A DNA stretch of 64,000 nt from a virus. Made by a program: the position numbers and the translations under genes. Location of the stretch: positions 1 to 64,000 of IMG/VR virus record IMGVR_UViG_3300027833_000021. One strand, written 5' to 3'. The stretch's first letter is position 1. Every line of letters starts with the position of its first letter. The notes below the pieces were generated by a model. The model made no database searches, was not told where the DNA came from, and worked only from the letters and a program-made list of their open reading frames with translations. Shown here one piece after another: positions 8,655-19,008 of this stretch.

Positions 8655-9647
8655 ATGGCTACACTAGCAGAAATCCGTGCGAAATTACTCGCACAAGACA
8701 GCAAAGCATCAGACAATGCATCCTCAAACAGAGGGTCAGATGCAGTATACCCTTTCTGGAATATGGACAATGACAATACAGCAGTATTGCGTTTTCTACC
8801 AGACTCAGACCCAACAAACACATTCTTTTGGAAAGAACGCCAAGTTATCAAACTTCCGTTCCCTGGTGTTAAAGGTGGTGATGAACAGAAACGAGTAATC
8901 GTTCAAGTACCTTGCGTTGAAATGTGGGGCGAGTCTTGCCCAATTCACGCAGAAATACGTCCATGGTTTAAAGACCCAGCAATGGAAGACCTAGGTCGTA
9001 CATATTGGAAAAAGCGTTCATACGTTTTCCAAGGCTTGGTTGTAACTGACCCTATCGGTGGTGAACAACCAGAAAATCCAGTTCGTAGATTTATCATTGG
9101 ACCACAAATCTTCAAGTTATTGAAGGCGGCTCTAATGGATCCAGATATGGATAATCTACCTACGGATTATGAACAAGGTACTGATTTCCGTCTAACAAAG
9201 ACAACTAAAGGTCAGTATGCAGACTATTCAACTTCATCGTGGTCTCGTAAAGAGCGTTCACTAAATGAAGAAGAACGTCAAGCAATCGAAACTCATGGTC
9301 TTTATGACTTGAATGAGTTTATGCCAAAGCGTCCAACAGAGGATGACATGCGAATTATCACAGAGATGTTTGAAGCATCTGTTGATGGTGAATTGTATGA
9401 CCCAACCCGTTGGGGTCAGCACTATAAACCTTATGGGTTAGATGTTCCAGCAGGAACTTCTGCACCAACTCCAACTCCATCTGCTCCAAAAGTAGAAGAA
9501 GTTAAAGCAGTTGCACCAGCAGAAACAACACCTGTTGCTGAAACATCAGCACCGACTCCGGCTCCAGCAACTCAGGTTGAACCTGAAGCACCGAAGTCAG
9601 ATGCGGCAGATATCTTAGCAATGATTCGTAGTAGAAAAACTGACTAA
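8655..9647 (+). CDS. Single-stranded DNA-binding protein (T4 gp32-like)
   Basis: AVLRFLP, CPI, YWKKRSY, GTDFRLTK, YADYSTS; precedes uvsX. Confidence 0.85.
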   Translation: MATLAEIRAKLLAQDSKASDNASSNRGSDAVYPFWNMDNDNTAVLRFLPDSDPTNTFFWKERQVIKLPFPGVKGGDEQKRVIVQVPCVEMWGESCPIHAEIRPWFKDPAMEDLGRTYWKKRSYVFQGLVVTDPIGGEQPENPVRRFIIGPQIFKLLKAALMDPDMDNLPTDYEQGTDFRLTKTTKGQYADYSTSSWSRKERSLNEEERQAIETHGLYDLNEFMPKRPTEDDMRIITEMFEASVDGELYDPTRWGQHYKPYGLDVPAGTSAPTPTPSAPKVEEVKAVAPAETTPVAETSAPTPAPATQVEPEAPKSDAADILAMIRSRKTD

Positions 9648-9659
9648 GAACCAATAATT

Positions 9660-9693
9660 GAGTATGGGGAGTATCGACTCCCCTACTCTTTTT
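9660..9693 (+). terminator. Rho-independent terminator
   Basis: GAGTA.GGGGAGT/ACTCCCC.TACTC stem plus T run. Confidence 0.8.
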
Positions 9694-9715
9694 ATATCAC
9701 ATAAGGAGAATTTAT

Positions 9716-10786
9716 ATGGCAAGAGCCTTTGATGCGAGTAAATTTCGCAAGAATATAACAAAATCTGTTCCTGGTATGAGTGTTGGTTTTAGAGACCCAG
9801 ACACTTGGGTATCAACAGGTAATTATACATTAAACAAACTTATCAGTAATGACTTTCATAAGGGTGTCCCACTAGGTAAGGTAACAGTCTTTGCAGGTGA
9901 AAGTGGTGCAGGTAAATCTTTTATTGCCGCTGGTAACATTGTTAGAAATGCACAAGAACAAGGAATTTTTGTAGTCTTAATCGATAGTGAAAATGCACTA
10001 GATGAAAGTTGGCTACATGCACTTGATGTAGATACTACACCAGAAAAACTATTAAAATTAAACGTAGCAATGATTGATGATGTTGCTAAAATTATTTCAG
10101 ACTTTATGAAAGGTTATAAAGAAGACCATGCAGATAAGCCAGACGAAGAACGTCCTAAAGTCTTATTTGTTATTGATAGTCTTGGAATGATGATGACCCC
10201 AACCGATGTTGACCAGTTCAATCGTGGTGACATGAAAGGTGACATGGGTCGTAAACCAAAAGCCCTAGCGGCACTAGTAAGAAATAGTGTGAATATGTTT
10301 GGTGATTACAATGTAGGACTAGTTGCTACAAATCACACATATGCATCACAAGATATGTTTGACCCAGATGATAAAATCTCAGGTGGTCAAGGCTTTATCT
10401 ATGCTAGTTCTATCGTTGTCGCAATGCGTAAACTTAAACTAAAAGTAGATGCAGATGGCAACAAAACTTCACAAGTACACGGTATTCGTGCGGCTTGTAA
10501 AGTGATGAAGACAAGATATTCAAAACCATTTGAAAGTGTGCAAGTTGAGATTCCATATGAAACTGGTATGAGTCCCTACAGTGGTCTTGTTGAGTTTTTC
10601 GAAGCAAAGGGTTTACTTATTAAACAAGGAAATCGTTTGAAGTATGTAACAAAAGCAGGTGAAGAAATGATTGAGTTCCGTAAGAACTGGTCAGATGAAA
10701 AACTTGACATTGTTATGAACGACTGGAATAATGAAGACATAGTAGATGTGCCTGAGTTGGAAAACGTTGAGTCAGAAGAAGCATAA
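9716..10786 (+). CDS. uvsX: RecA-like recombinase UvsX
   Basis: GESGAGKS, IDSENA, VIDSLG, NHTY, SGG.G..YAS. Confidence 0.92.
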   Translation: MARAFDASKFRKNITKSVPGMSVGFRDPDTWVSTGNYTLNKLISNDFHKGVPLGKVTVFAGESGAGKSFIAAGNIVRNAQEQGIFVVLIDSENALDESWLHALDVDTTPEKLLKLNVAMIDDVAKIISDFMKGYKEDHADKPDEERPKVLFVIDSLGMMMTPTDVDQFNRGDMKGDMGRKPKALAALVRNSVNMFGDYNVGLVATNHTYASQDMFDPDDKISGGQGFIYASSIVVAMRKLKLKVDADGNKTSQVHGIRAACKVMKTRYSKPFESVQVEIPYETGMSPYSGLVEFFEAKGLLIKQGNRLKYVTKAGEEMIEFRKNWSDEKLDIVMNDWNNEDIVDVPELENVESEEA

Positions 10787-10791
10787 AAATC

Positions 10792-10817
10792 AAGCAATCT
10801 GTATAAATAGATTGCTT
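10792..10817 (+). promoter_or_regulatory. Late promoter TATAAATA (10802-10809) within a 9-bp inverted repeat
   Basis: AAGCAATCT-gtataaat-AGATTGCTT. Confidence 0.6.
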
Positions 10818-10849
10818 ACATCAACAAGACAAAACTAAGAGGAGCCAAC

Positions 10850-11086
10850 TTGGAATCAGAATCACTATACGAATTGTGGGAAACTTTAGTGAACTACATA
10901 CCTGGCAAAGATAAAATAGAAGCCGGCGAAATGTTCATAAAACAATGCGATGATTTAGGAATGAGCAGTGGAGACATAGAGATACTTATCGATGGTAACC
11001 CAATTCTTTTGGTTTCTTTAGATAGGTATTTTGAAGATGAAGAAGACGAAGATGATGAAGAGGACGAAAATGATGATTGGTACTGA
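10850..11086 (+). CDS. Small acidic hypothetical protein
   Basis: GAGGAG RBS, TTG start, Asp/Glu tail. Confidence 0.7.
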   Translation: MESESLYELWETLVNYIPGKDKIEAGEMFIKQCDDLGMSSGDIEILIDGNPILLVSLDRYFEDEEDEDDEEDENDDWY

Positions 11087-11550
11087 TGAACTGGTATAGC
11101 AAAATAGTAAAAGATTGGAGTGAAATTCCAAACTGCATTCAATTCTTTGATAACGAGTTGAAAGATGCAAGAAAAGAAGTGAAGATAAATGGCAACATTG
11201 AGAAAAATGCTACTTATCTTCCTGCTTATGTTGAATTGCGTTTTGGTCAATTACAAGAGATAGAAGCCATACTAGAGCATCTAAACATACAGTTGCGTAA
11301 AAAAAGAAGTGAATATTTGCGTAAGTATTTAGAGAACTACAATAAGGTATTAAGTAGTAGAGATGCTGAAAAATATGCAGATGGAGAAGATGAAATTGTT
11401 GCGATTGGTGAATTAATAAACCAAGTTGCACTTATTAGAAATCAATATCTCGGAATAACAAAGGGGTTTGAAATTAAACACTTTCAACTGTCTAACATAA
11501 TTAAGTTACGTGTTGCAGGCATGGAAGATTCAGAGATAACAACATATTAG
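11086..11550 (+). CDS. uvsY: Recombination mediator UvsY-like
   Basis: Helical ~154 aa, AEKYADGE, FQLSNIIKLR; near uvsX. Confidence 0.7.
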   Translation: MNWYSKIVKDWSEIPNCIQFFDNELKDARKEVKINGNIEKNATYLPAYVELRFGQLQEIEAILEHLNIQLRKKRSEYLRKYLENYNKVLSSRDAEKYADGEDEIVAIGELINQVALIRNQYLGITKGFEIKHFQLSNIIKLRVAGMEDSEITTY

Positions 11551-11563
11551 GGTAGAGGAAATA

Positions 11564-13858
11564 ATGACCGGGATTCATATAGTTAAACGAAATGGGGACA
11601 AAGAGGAACTAGATTTAGAGAAAATGCACAAGGTCGTTTTCGAAGCATGTAATGATATTAATAATGTATCAGCGAGTGAAGTTGAATTAAAATCACACAT
11701 TCAATTTTACAGTGGTATGACAAGTAGTGAAATACAAGAAACATTAATCAAGGCAGCCGCTGAACTAATAACAGAAGATACTCCAAATTATCAATGGGTG
11801 GCAGGCAATCTAATCAATTATCATATTAGAAAAGAAGTATATAACGACTTTCAACCTTGTCATATTATTGAATTAGTTAATACAAATACTAAATCTGGGT
11901 TTTATGATAAGGCGTTACTAAAAGATTATTCTGTAGAAGAATGGGATAAGATTAACGGCTTTATTAAACATGACAGAGATTTTGATATATCTTATGTAGG
12001 CATGGAACAATTCCGTGGCAAATATCTAGTACAAAATCGTGTAACTAAAGAAGTATTCGAAACACCACAAATGGCATACATGCTAATTTCAGCAACATTG
12101 TTTAGTAACTATCCAAAAGAAGAACGACTAAAGTATGTAAAAGATTACTATGATGCGATTAGTACGTTTGATATCTCATTACCAACTCCTGTTATGGCTG
12201 GTGTTCGTACACCACAAAGACAATTCAGTAGTTGTGTATTAATTGAAACAGATGATAGTTTAGACAGTATTAATGCAACATCCAGTTCAATTGTTAAGTA
12301 TGTCTCTCAGAAAGCAGGAATTGGGGTTGGTGCGGGTAGTATCCGTGCAATAAACTCACCTATTCGTAATGGCGATGCAAGTCATACTGGCGTTATTCCA
12401 TTCTATAAGATGTTTCAAGCGGCAGTTAAATCATGTTCACAGGGCGGTGTCCGCGGCGGTGCCGCAACATTATACTATCCTGTGTGGCATTATGAAGTTG
12501 AAGATTTACTTGTTTTAAAGAATAACAAAGGCACAGAAGACAATCGTGTTCGTCATATGGACTATGGTGTTCAGTTCAATAAACTGATGTATGAACGTCT
12601 AATGACTGGTGGTAACATCACATTGTTCAGTCCACAAGATGTCCCAGGACTATACGAAGCATTCTTTAATGACCAAGATAAGTTCCGTGAACTTTATGAA
12701 ACAGCAGAACGTAAAACATCTATTCGTAAGAAAACAGTTCCAGCAATTGAGTTATTTTCATCGTTTATGAATGAACGTAAGAATACAGGTCGTATCTATT
12801 TGATGAATGTTGACCACGCAAATGACCATAGTTCTTTTGATACAAAAGTGGCACCAATCAAACAATCAAATCTATGTTGTGAGATTACTCTTCCAACTAA
12901 GCCATTGAGTAGTGTGATGGACGAAGAAGGTGAAATTGCTCTCTGTACACTTAGTGCTATCAATTGGGGTAATATTAAATCACCAGAAGATTTTGAAAAG
13001 CCTTGTGAGTTGGCAGTAAGAGGACTTGATGCTCTATTGAGTTACCAAGATTATCCACTCATTGCGGCCGAGTTAGCAACAGATAACAGAAGACCTTTGG
13101 GCGTAGGCATTATTAATTTTGCGTATTGGTTGGCTAAGAACGATACGAATTATACTGACCCTAACTTAGAGTTGGTTGATGAATGGGCAGAAGCCTGGAG
13201 TTATTATCTAATCAAAGCCTCAAATAATTTGGCAAAAGAAATTGGAGCATGTCCAAAATCTGATGAAACAAAGTATGGACATGGTGTAGTACCAATTGAT
13301 ACTCGTAAAATAGAGATTGATGAACTAGTTAAACACACAGAAAGAATGGATTGGAAATCTCTTAGAAAAGATTTAAAAGAACACGGAGTAAGAAATTCAA
13401 CTCTAATGGCACTTATGCCTGCAGAAACATCAGCACAGATTTCAAACTCAACGAATGGTATTGAACCACCAAGAAGTTATGTATCTATCAAACAATCTAA
13501 ACATGGTGTATTGAAACAAGTTGTTCCTGGAATTCACAAATTGAAGAACAAGTATGAACTCTTATGGGACCAAAAATCACCAGAGGGTTACTTAAAGATT
13601 ATGGCAGTATTACAAAAGTATATTGACCAAGGCATATCAGTGAACACAAGTTATAATCCTGTGCATTATGAAGATGAAAAGATTCCAATGTCAGAAATGT
13701 TACAACATCTGATTATGTTTTATAAGTATGGTGGTAAACAGTTGTATTACTTTAATACATTTGATGGTCAAGGAGAAGTAGATATCAATGCTCTTAATGA
13801 TGAACCATTAGAACCAGGATTAATAGATGATGAAGATTGTGAAGGCTGTACTATATAA
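11564..13858 (+). CDS. nrdA: Ribonucleotide reductase class Ia alpha subunit
   Basis: ATP cone, PTPVMAG, FSSCVL, SQGGVRGGA, SNLCCEI, C-terminal CEGCTI. Confidence 0.97.
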   Translation: MTGIHIVKRNGDKEELDLEKMHKVVFEACNDINNVSASEVELKSHIQFYSGMTSSEIQETLIKAAAELITEDTPNYQWVAGNLINYHIRKEVYNDFQPCHIIELVNTNTKSGFYDKALLKDYSVEEWDKINGFIKHDRDFDISYVGMEQFRGKYLVQNRVTKEVFETPQMAYMLISATLFSNYPKEERLKYVKDYYDAISTFDISLPTPVMAGVRTPQRQFSSCVLIETDDSLDSINATSSSIVKYVSQKAGIGVGAGSIRAINSPIRNGDASHTGVIPFYKMFQAAVKSCSQGGVRGGAATLYYPVWHYEVEDLLVLKNNKGTEDNRVRHMDYGVQFNKLMYERLMTGGNITLFSPQDVPGLYEAFFNDQDKFRELYETAERKTSIRKKTVPAIELFSSFMNERKNTGRIYLMNVDHANDHSSFDTKVAPIKQSNLCCEITLPTKPLSSVMDEEGEIALCTLSAINWGNIKSPEDFEKPCELAVRGLDALLSYQDYPLIAAELATDNRRPLGVGIINFAYWLAKNDTNYTDPNLELVDEWAEAWSYYLIKASNNLAKEIGACPKSDETKYGHGVVPIDTRKIEIDELVKHTERMDWKSLRKDLKEHGVRNSTLMALMPAETSAQISNSTNGIEPPRSYVSIKQSKHGVLKQVVPGIHKLKNKYELLWDQKSPEGYLKIMAVLQKYIDQGISVNTSYNPVHYEDEKIPMSEMLQHLIMFYKYGGKQLYYFNTFDGQGEVDINALNDEPLEPGLIDDEDCEGCTI

Positions 13859-14466
13859 TGGAATTGGATGGAGCCAGTATTTGGGATTATAAAGATGAAA
13901 AGGGCTTATGTGTTAGACCACTATCGCCAATCAGTACAGAATTAGGATATTTTAATCATTGTATGGAACATCCACAGGTAAAATCAAATAAAATAGTAGA
14001 AGATGAATTTTTTTCTGGTAGAGGTAGATTTTATAACTATGACATTAAACTTGATATGCATATAGGCATTGACAAGTATAAAAGATTTATAACAGAATTT
14101 TTAAGAAGAGGCGAAACAACTGATTGTTTAATCCACTTTTCAAATTCAATGTGGGACATTACACGTGATAAACAATTAGTATCACTATATGACTTACCAC
14201 ATTTGTTAGAATTTATAGAAATAACTACTTCTATTCCGCAACCTGTATATGTTGATTTGGATGATAAAAGATTTGCACCTACCACAAAAAGAGAATTAAT
14301 TGAAGTAACTAATTTGTGTAGACTATTTGGAGATATGCCAAATGTACATAAATTTGCAATGAGTGAAACAATATTTACAAGACATATATGGGGTATTAAA
14401 CCTACAGATAAATTACTAGTATTGAGTGAACTTAACTACAAAGAACTACTCGTAAACGAAGAATAA
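13858..14466 (+). CDS. Hypothetical protein between nrdA and nrdB
   Basis: 202-aa ORF coupled to nrdA stop. Confidence 0.65.
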   Translation: MELDGASIWDYKDEKGLCVRPLSPISTELGYFNHCMEHPQVKSNKIVEDEFFSGRGRFYNYDIKLDMHIGIDKYKRFITEFLRRGETTDCLIHFSNSMWDITRDKQLVSLYDLPHLLEFIEITTSIPQPVYVDLDDKRFAPTTKRELIEVTNLCRLFGDMPNVHKFAMSETIFTRHIWGIKPTDKLLVLSELNYKELLVNEE

Positions 14467-14480
14467 AATATGATGCATAA

Positions 14481-14488
14481 GATAAATA
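14481..14488 (+). promoter_or_regulatory. T4-late-like promoter GATAAATA
   Basis: Octamer upstream of nrdB. Confidence 0.5.
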
Positions 14489-14522
14489 TAAAACCTACAA
14501 GAGAAAATTAAGAGAGAGAACT

Positions 14523-15653
14523 ATGAGTGTATTTAATTCAAATAATAAAGCGGACCACACAAAAGCGAAAGCATTTTTGGACCCGTCTGGTGGAGTAACA
14601 ATTCAGCGTTACGACATGTTGAAGTATAAACAATTTGATAAACTAACTGATAAGCAGTTAGGTTTCTTTTGGCGACCTGAAGAAGTTGATGTATTGAAAG
14701 ATGCAAATGACTTTAAACTTCTGACTGAAAATGAGAAACATATCTTTACAAGTAATCTTAAAAGACAAATCATATTAGACAGTGTACAAGGACGTGCGCC
14801 AGTAGAAGCATTTGGACCACTAGTATCTATTCCAGAACTAGAAGCATGGATTCAGACATGGACATTCAGTGAAACAATTCACTCACGTTCATATACTCAT
14901 ATCATTCGTAATGTGTATGCAAATCCTAGTCAAGTGTTTGATGAAATGATGGATATCGATGAGATTACAGATTGTGCTGATGCTATTAGTACTAACTATG
15001 ATGAACTTATTGACCTGTCATTGAAGTATCAATTATTAGGTGAAGGCAAACATACAGTCAATGGCAAGAAAGTTGAAGTAGACCTATACGAACTTAAGAA
15101 AGCATTATACAAAACACTAATGAGTGTTAACATCTTAGAAGGTGTTCGTTTCTATGTATCATTTGCATGTTCATGGGCATTCGCAGAACTTAAAAAGATG
15201 GAAGGTAATGCTAAGATTATTAAACTAATTGCACGTGATGAAAACTTACACTTAGCATCTACACAATCACTTCTTAAGATTTTACCAAAAGATGACCCAG
15301 ACTATATTAAGATTGCTAAAGAAACAGAAGAAGAGTGTATTCAAATGTTTGTTGATGCAGTTGACCAAGAAAAAGCATGGGCTGAATATTTGTTCAAAGA
15401 TGGTTCTATGATTGGTCTTAATTCACAATTACTAAATGATTATATTGAGTGGATTTGTTGTAAGCGTATGATTGCTGTTAATCTAAAATGTCCATATGCA
15501 GTGTCACAAGCAAACCCATTGCCATGGACACAAAAATGGATTGCTGGTGCAGATGTTCAAGTAGCGCCACAAGAAACAGAAATCACTTCTTATGTTCAAG
15601 GTGGAGTTAAACAGGATGTAGATACTAATACGTTTGGTGGCATGTCTTTATGA
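14523..15653 (+). CDS. nrdB: Ribonucleotide reductase class Ia beta subunit
   Basis: FFWRPEEV, ETIHSRSY, LEGVRFYVSF, RDENLH, VAPQETEITSY. Confidence 0.97.
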   Translation: MSVFNSNNKADHTKAKAFLDPSGGVTIQRYDMLKYKQFDKLTDKQLGFFWRPEEVDVLKDANDFKLLTENEKHIFTSNLKRQIILDSVQGRAPVEAFGPLVSIPELEAWIQTWTFSETIHSRSYTHIIRNVYANPSQVFDEMMDIDEITDCADAISTNYDELIDLSLKYQLLGEGKHTVNGKKVEVDLYELKKALYKTLMSVNILEGVRFYVSFACSWAFAELKKMEGNAKIIKLIARDENLHLASTQSLLKILPKDDPDYIKIAKETEEECIQMFVDAVDQEKAWAEYLFKDGSMIGLNSQLLNDYIEWICCKRMIAVNLKCPYAVSQANPLPWTQKWIAGADVQVAPQETEITSYVQGGVKQDVDTNTFGGMSL

Positions 15654-15913
15654 TTGAATTAGATACAATTGGTACAGTAGATTATGAAGTAAAAGATTTT
15701 GTTGCATTGACACCACACAACGATGCTCATTTCTGTCTAGTTCCTAGGAAGCCAGACCAACAGATAATTCTAAAGTTACAAAAGATTATGATGGACATTG
15801 GCAATGCAAATATTGAAAACGGTATCTGTGAAAAATATCATACTGTAATGAAATTTGTCAATGAACACCCTATTGTAGAAATACATATGAAAAAAGTTGA
15901 CAAGATACCATAA
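15650..15913 (+). CDS. Hypothetical protein
   Basis: ORF overlapping nrdB stop. Confidence 0.6.
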   Translation: MIELDTIGTVDYEVKDFVALTPHNDAHFCLVPRKPDQQIILKLQKIMMDIGNANIENGICEKYHTVMKFVNEHPIVEIHMKKVDKIP

Positions 15914-15925
15914 AGGTGCTATACT
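15897..15925 (+). promoter_or_regulatory. sigma70-type promoter
   Basis: TTGACA-N17-TATACT with TG extension. Confidence 0.65.
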
Positions 15926-15957
15926 AGAAATATATCAACAACTAAAGGAGTCTACCA

Positions 15958-16119
15958 ATGAATATGAATTTTCGAGCATGGCTACAAAATGTTTGGTTTG
16001 AACATAAAGACGAAAAGTCGGCATGGAATGAAACAGTTGATTATACGATAGATGAATGGATTAGCAAGAACTTAAAGTTTCTAACTAACCGATACAAGAC
16101 TGAGATTAAATCAAAATGA
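15958..16119 (+). CDS. 53-aa hypothetical protein (not in ORF track)
   Basis: AAGGAG RBS; MNMNFRAWLQNVWFEHKDE...KSK; stop overlaps next ATG. Confidence 0.7.
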   Translation: MNMNFRAWLQNVWFEHKDEKSAWNETVDYTIDEWISKNLKFLTNRYKTEIKSK

Positions 16120-16895
16120 AAATAGTCTTAGCAACAGGTGGATTTGACCCGATACATTCTGGTCATATTTCCTATCTTAAAGCCGCTAGAGAATTGGGCG
16201 ACATGCTCATTGTTGGCTTAAACTCAGATGAATGGTTAGAACGCAAAAAGGGTAAATCTTTTATGCCTTGGAATGAACGTCTAACAATTCTCAATAACTT
16301 ACAAATGGTAGATGAAGTCTTCACCTTTATGGATGACGATGACACTGCTATCAATTTCATTAAACAAGTTATTGCACATTATCCAAATGACCAAATAGTC
16401 TTCGCCAATGGCGGCGACAGAAAAAAAGGCAATACGCCTGAAGTAGAATTTGCAACATCTATTGCAGATATTTCACCTGGATTTGGTTTTATATGGGGTG
16501 TTGGCGGTAATGAAAAGAAAAATTCAAGTAGTTGGATATTAGAAGAGTGGAAAGCACCAAAAACAATTCGCAGTTGGGGATGGTATAGAGTACTAGACGA
16601 TAAGCCAGGATATAAAGTCAAAGAATTGATTATTACTCCAGGACAAAGCCTAAGTATGCAACGACATCAACTTAGAGCAGAACATTGGTATATTCTCAAA
16701 GGAGAATGTTCGTTTAATACAATAAATGTTTCTTCTGACATAGAAGAACTAGGCACTTATACAGAAAATAAGTCTATCACAATTGAAAAGAAACAATGGC
16801 ACCAAGCCTGTAACGTTACGAATGAACCTTGTCATATTTTAGAAGTACAATATGGCGAAAAATGTGAAGAACAAGATATTGAACGGTTGGAATGA
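16116..16895 (+). CDS. Cytidylyltransferase-like domain fused to mannose-6-phosphate isomerase (cupin) domain
   Basis: GGFDPIHSGH (HIGH-type), ANGGDR; RSWGWY, LSMQRH..RAEHW, ILEVQYG. Confidence 0.85.
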   Translation: MKIVLATGGFDPIHSGHISYLKAARELGDMLIVGLNSDEWLERKKGKSFMPWNERLTILNNLQMVDEVFTFMDDDDTAINFIKQVIAHYPNDQIVFANGGDRKKGNTPEVEFATSIADISPGFGFIWGVGGNEKKNSSSWILEEWKAPKTIRSWGWYRVLDDKPGYKVKELIITPGQSLSMQRHQLRAEHWYILKGECSFNTINVSSDIEELGTYTENKSITIEKKQWHQACNVTNEPCHILEVQYGEKCEEQDIERLE

Positions 16896-18082
16896 ATAAA
16901 GAAAAACTCATAAAATTTATGAGAGATAACAAACATAAGTTCGTATTCTTCTCATACAAAGGTGGAATGGGTGGAGAAACAATCTGTAATTATCTGACAC
17001 GAGAAACTGAATATTTCTATAATAAAAACTTCGGTAGTTCTGATTATACAGAAGTGGGAGCAAAGAATAGTAATAGGTCATTATTTAAAGATTGGATGTT
17101 TGGTGATTTTTTTATGAATGAATCATTAATGTCTCCCTATAATTCTGTGGACAACGATTGTCATAATGGAAGTAAATTAACAGAATTCGACACTGTACAT
17201 ACATGGGAAGATTGGTATGATAAGTTTTGCGAAATAACTTCATCTTCATCGTCTCACTTTCATCCTTCAGTACTTGACAATTCAATGGATGAAGTCATAG
17301 ATGAATTTACAAGACAAGACAAACCTTATTTAATCAGATTACACTCTATAACTCCTTTAATGAAACTATTTGAAGGTACTATAATAATTGACATTGCACC
17401 AAATGAATGGGAAAAATATTGTACTACATTGTCCGAAGCAAAAGTATTTTGTAGTCCATTAATAACATACGATGAAAAGACAGAAGCCATTTCAGAATTG
17501 TGTAGGTATTATGAAGAGGGCTTAGAAGTCTGGATTGATAATGATACGTTATCTACTGATGTGACTGTACATACTTCTGAAGAAGCCTCTACACTTAAAA
17601 AATTCCTATTAGATTATGTTGGTGATGAATTACTCAACGATGAATCGTGGACCTTATATTTTAAAACACTAGATGTTTTAGTGAATATCGATAAATACCA
17701 ACTAGATTTAGATTCATTTAAAAATGTAGTAGAGTTAAACACATTTGTACATGCTCTTCATATGTGGCGGTCATTTCCAATGATGCTTACACAACGCATG
17801 AGGAGAGAAGTTTTATCTTGGGATGCTAGGAAAGATTATGGCACTAAGATAGATGAAGTTAATCATCATAATCCATGGTGGCCAACTATGTACAAATATG
17901 AAAGAGAATGGTACGATAAAATAAATCCTCAGTTGTATAACATGAATGATTTATTTAGTGGTACTTTTATTAAAGAGCAATTCGGTCTTGATGTAAAACC
18001 ATATGTAAAGATGTACGAAGAATGGCACAACAAAAATTGTAAATTTCTTAAATCACAACATATGACTAATTATTTACCATAA
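16892..18082 (+). CDS. Hypothetical protein (weakly sulfotransferase/P-loop-like N-terminus)
   Basis: 396-aa ORF; FSYKGGMGGE near the N-terminus. Confidence 0.55.
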   Translation: MNKEKLIKFMRDNKHKFVFFSYKGGMGGETICNYLTRETEYFYNKNFGSSDYTEVGAKNSNRSLFKDWMFGDFFMNESLMSPYNSVDNDCHNGSKLTEFDTVHTWEDWYDKFCEITSSSSSHFHPSVLDNSMDEVIDEFTRQDKPYLIRLHSITPLMKLFEGTIIIDIAPNEWEKYCTTLSEAKVFCSPLITYDEKTEAISELCRYYEEGLEVWIDNDTLSTDVTVHTSEEASTLKKFLLDYVGDELLNDESWTLYFKTLDVLVNIDKYQLDLDSFKNVVELNTFVHALHMWRSFPMMLTQRMRREVLSWDARKDYGTKIDEVNHHNPWWPTMYKYEREWYDKINPQLYNMNDLFSGTFIKEQFGLDVKPYVKMYEEWHNKNCKFLKSQHMTNYLP

Positions 18083-18094
18083 AAGGAGAAGTGT

Positions 18095-18322
18095 ATGAAT
18101 ATAATAAAAACAGGAAACATCTATGATAAGGACAATTCAATGAATTTATTAAACTTAACGGAAACTGAAATCAATCAACTAATCAAGTCGTTAGCGAAAG
18201 ACCCATCTATCGAAGAAGACAAAAAAGAACCAACATTACAATGGTTACGTGAGCAATTGTCTGAACAGAAAATAGGCGGTGCATGGAAACGCAGACTAAG
18301 AGAAAAGGGACATGTCATTTAA
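18095..18322 (+). CDS. Hypothetical protein
   Basis: AGGAG RBS. Confidence 0.65.
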   Translation: MNIIKTGNIYDKDNSMNLLNLTETEINQLIKSLAKDPSIEEDKKEPTLQWLREQLSEQKIGGAWKRRLREKGHVI

Positions 18323-18731
18323 AAATCTAATTTATGCAACTGTTATTACTTTTGTAATAATATTTGTTTTTATAAAGTCAGTCGAAGCACAACCACACGA
18401 TGTTGTTGATACTGGCCCTAAGTTGCTTGAACTTGCAACTGAATTAGAAGATAAAGACCTGGCTATTATGGTATTGGGCGGAATAGACTATTATGTCCAA
18501 GAATGCACAGAATTAACTTCACGTGGTGTTATATATAGAAACAAAATAATCACATACCATGAAATAAATGAAGCCTTATTACCAATCAATCCTCTGTACA
18601 TCAAAGGTTCTATCGCAGTATCTGGATATGATTGTTATGAAATGTATGAATTGATAACTTCTTTCGAAAATAACATAGTAGAACAACCAGAACACCCAGT
18701 AGATAAACAACAGACAATTACAGAAATTTAA
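18312..18731 (+). CDS. Hypothetical exported protein
   Basis: Hydrophobic N-terminal signal ending VEA. Confidence 0.6.
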   Translation: MSFKNLIYATVITFVIIFVFIKSVEAQPHDVVDTGPKLLELATELEDKDLAIMVLGGIDYYVQECTELTSRGVIYRNKIITYHEINEALLPINPLYIKGSIAVSGYDCYEMYELITSFENNIVEQPEHPVDKQQTITEI

Positions 18732-18760
18732 TTGACATTAATTGTATCATATGTTATAAT
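18732..18760 (+). promoter_or_regulatory. sigma70-type promoter
   Basis: TTGACA-N17-TATAAT, consensus. Confidence 0.75.
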
Positions 18761-18783
18761 ATCTATTAATATTAGAGGAGATA

Positions 18784-19008
18784 ATGATGGGAATAGACAT
18801 GATATTTGTGACGGGTGCTTTTATTAGTATCTGTGCATATTTTAGTTATAGAAGCGGAGAGAAAGACGGTTATCAACAGATGGCACGTGAAGTTGCATCA
18901 TCAATAGTTGAAATACATATGGAGCAACAAAAAATCGAAGTAATGAAACTCGAAGTTGAACAAATAAAAAGAGAATGCCTACAATTAATGGAAGAAAACC
19001 AAACATGA
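18784..19008 (+). CDS. Small membrane-anchored coiled-coil protein
   Basis: GAGGAG RBS; N-terminal TM segment. Confidence 0.65.
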   Translation: MMGIDMIFVTGAFISICAYFSYRSGEKDGYQQMAREVASSIVEIHMEQQKIEVMKLEVEQIKRECLQLMEENQT

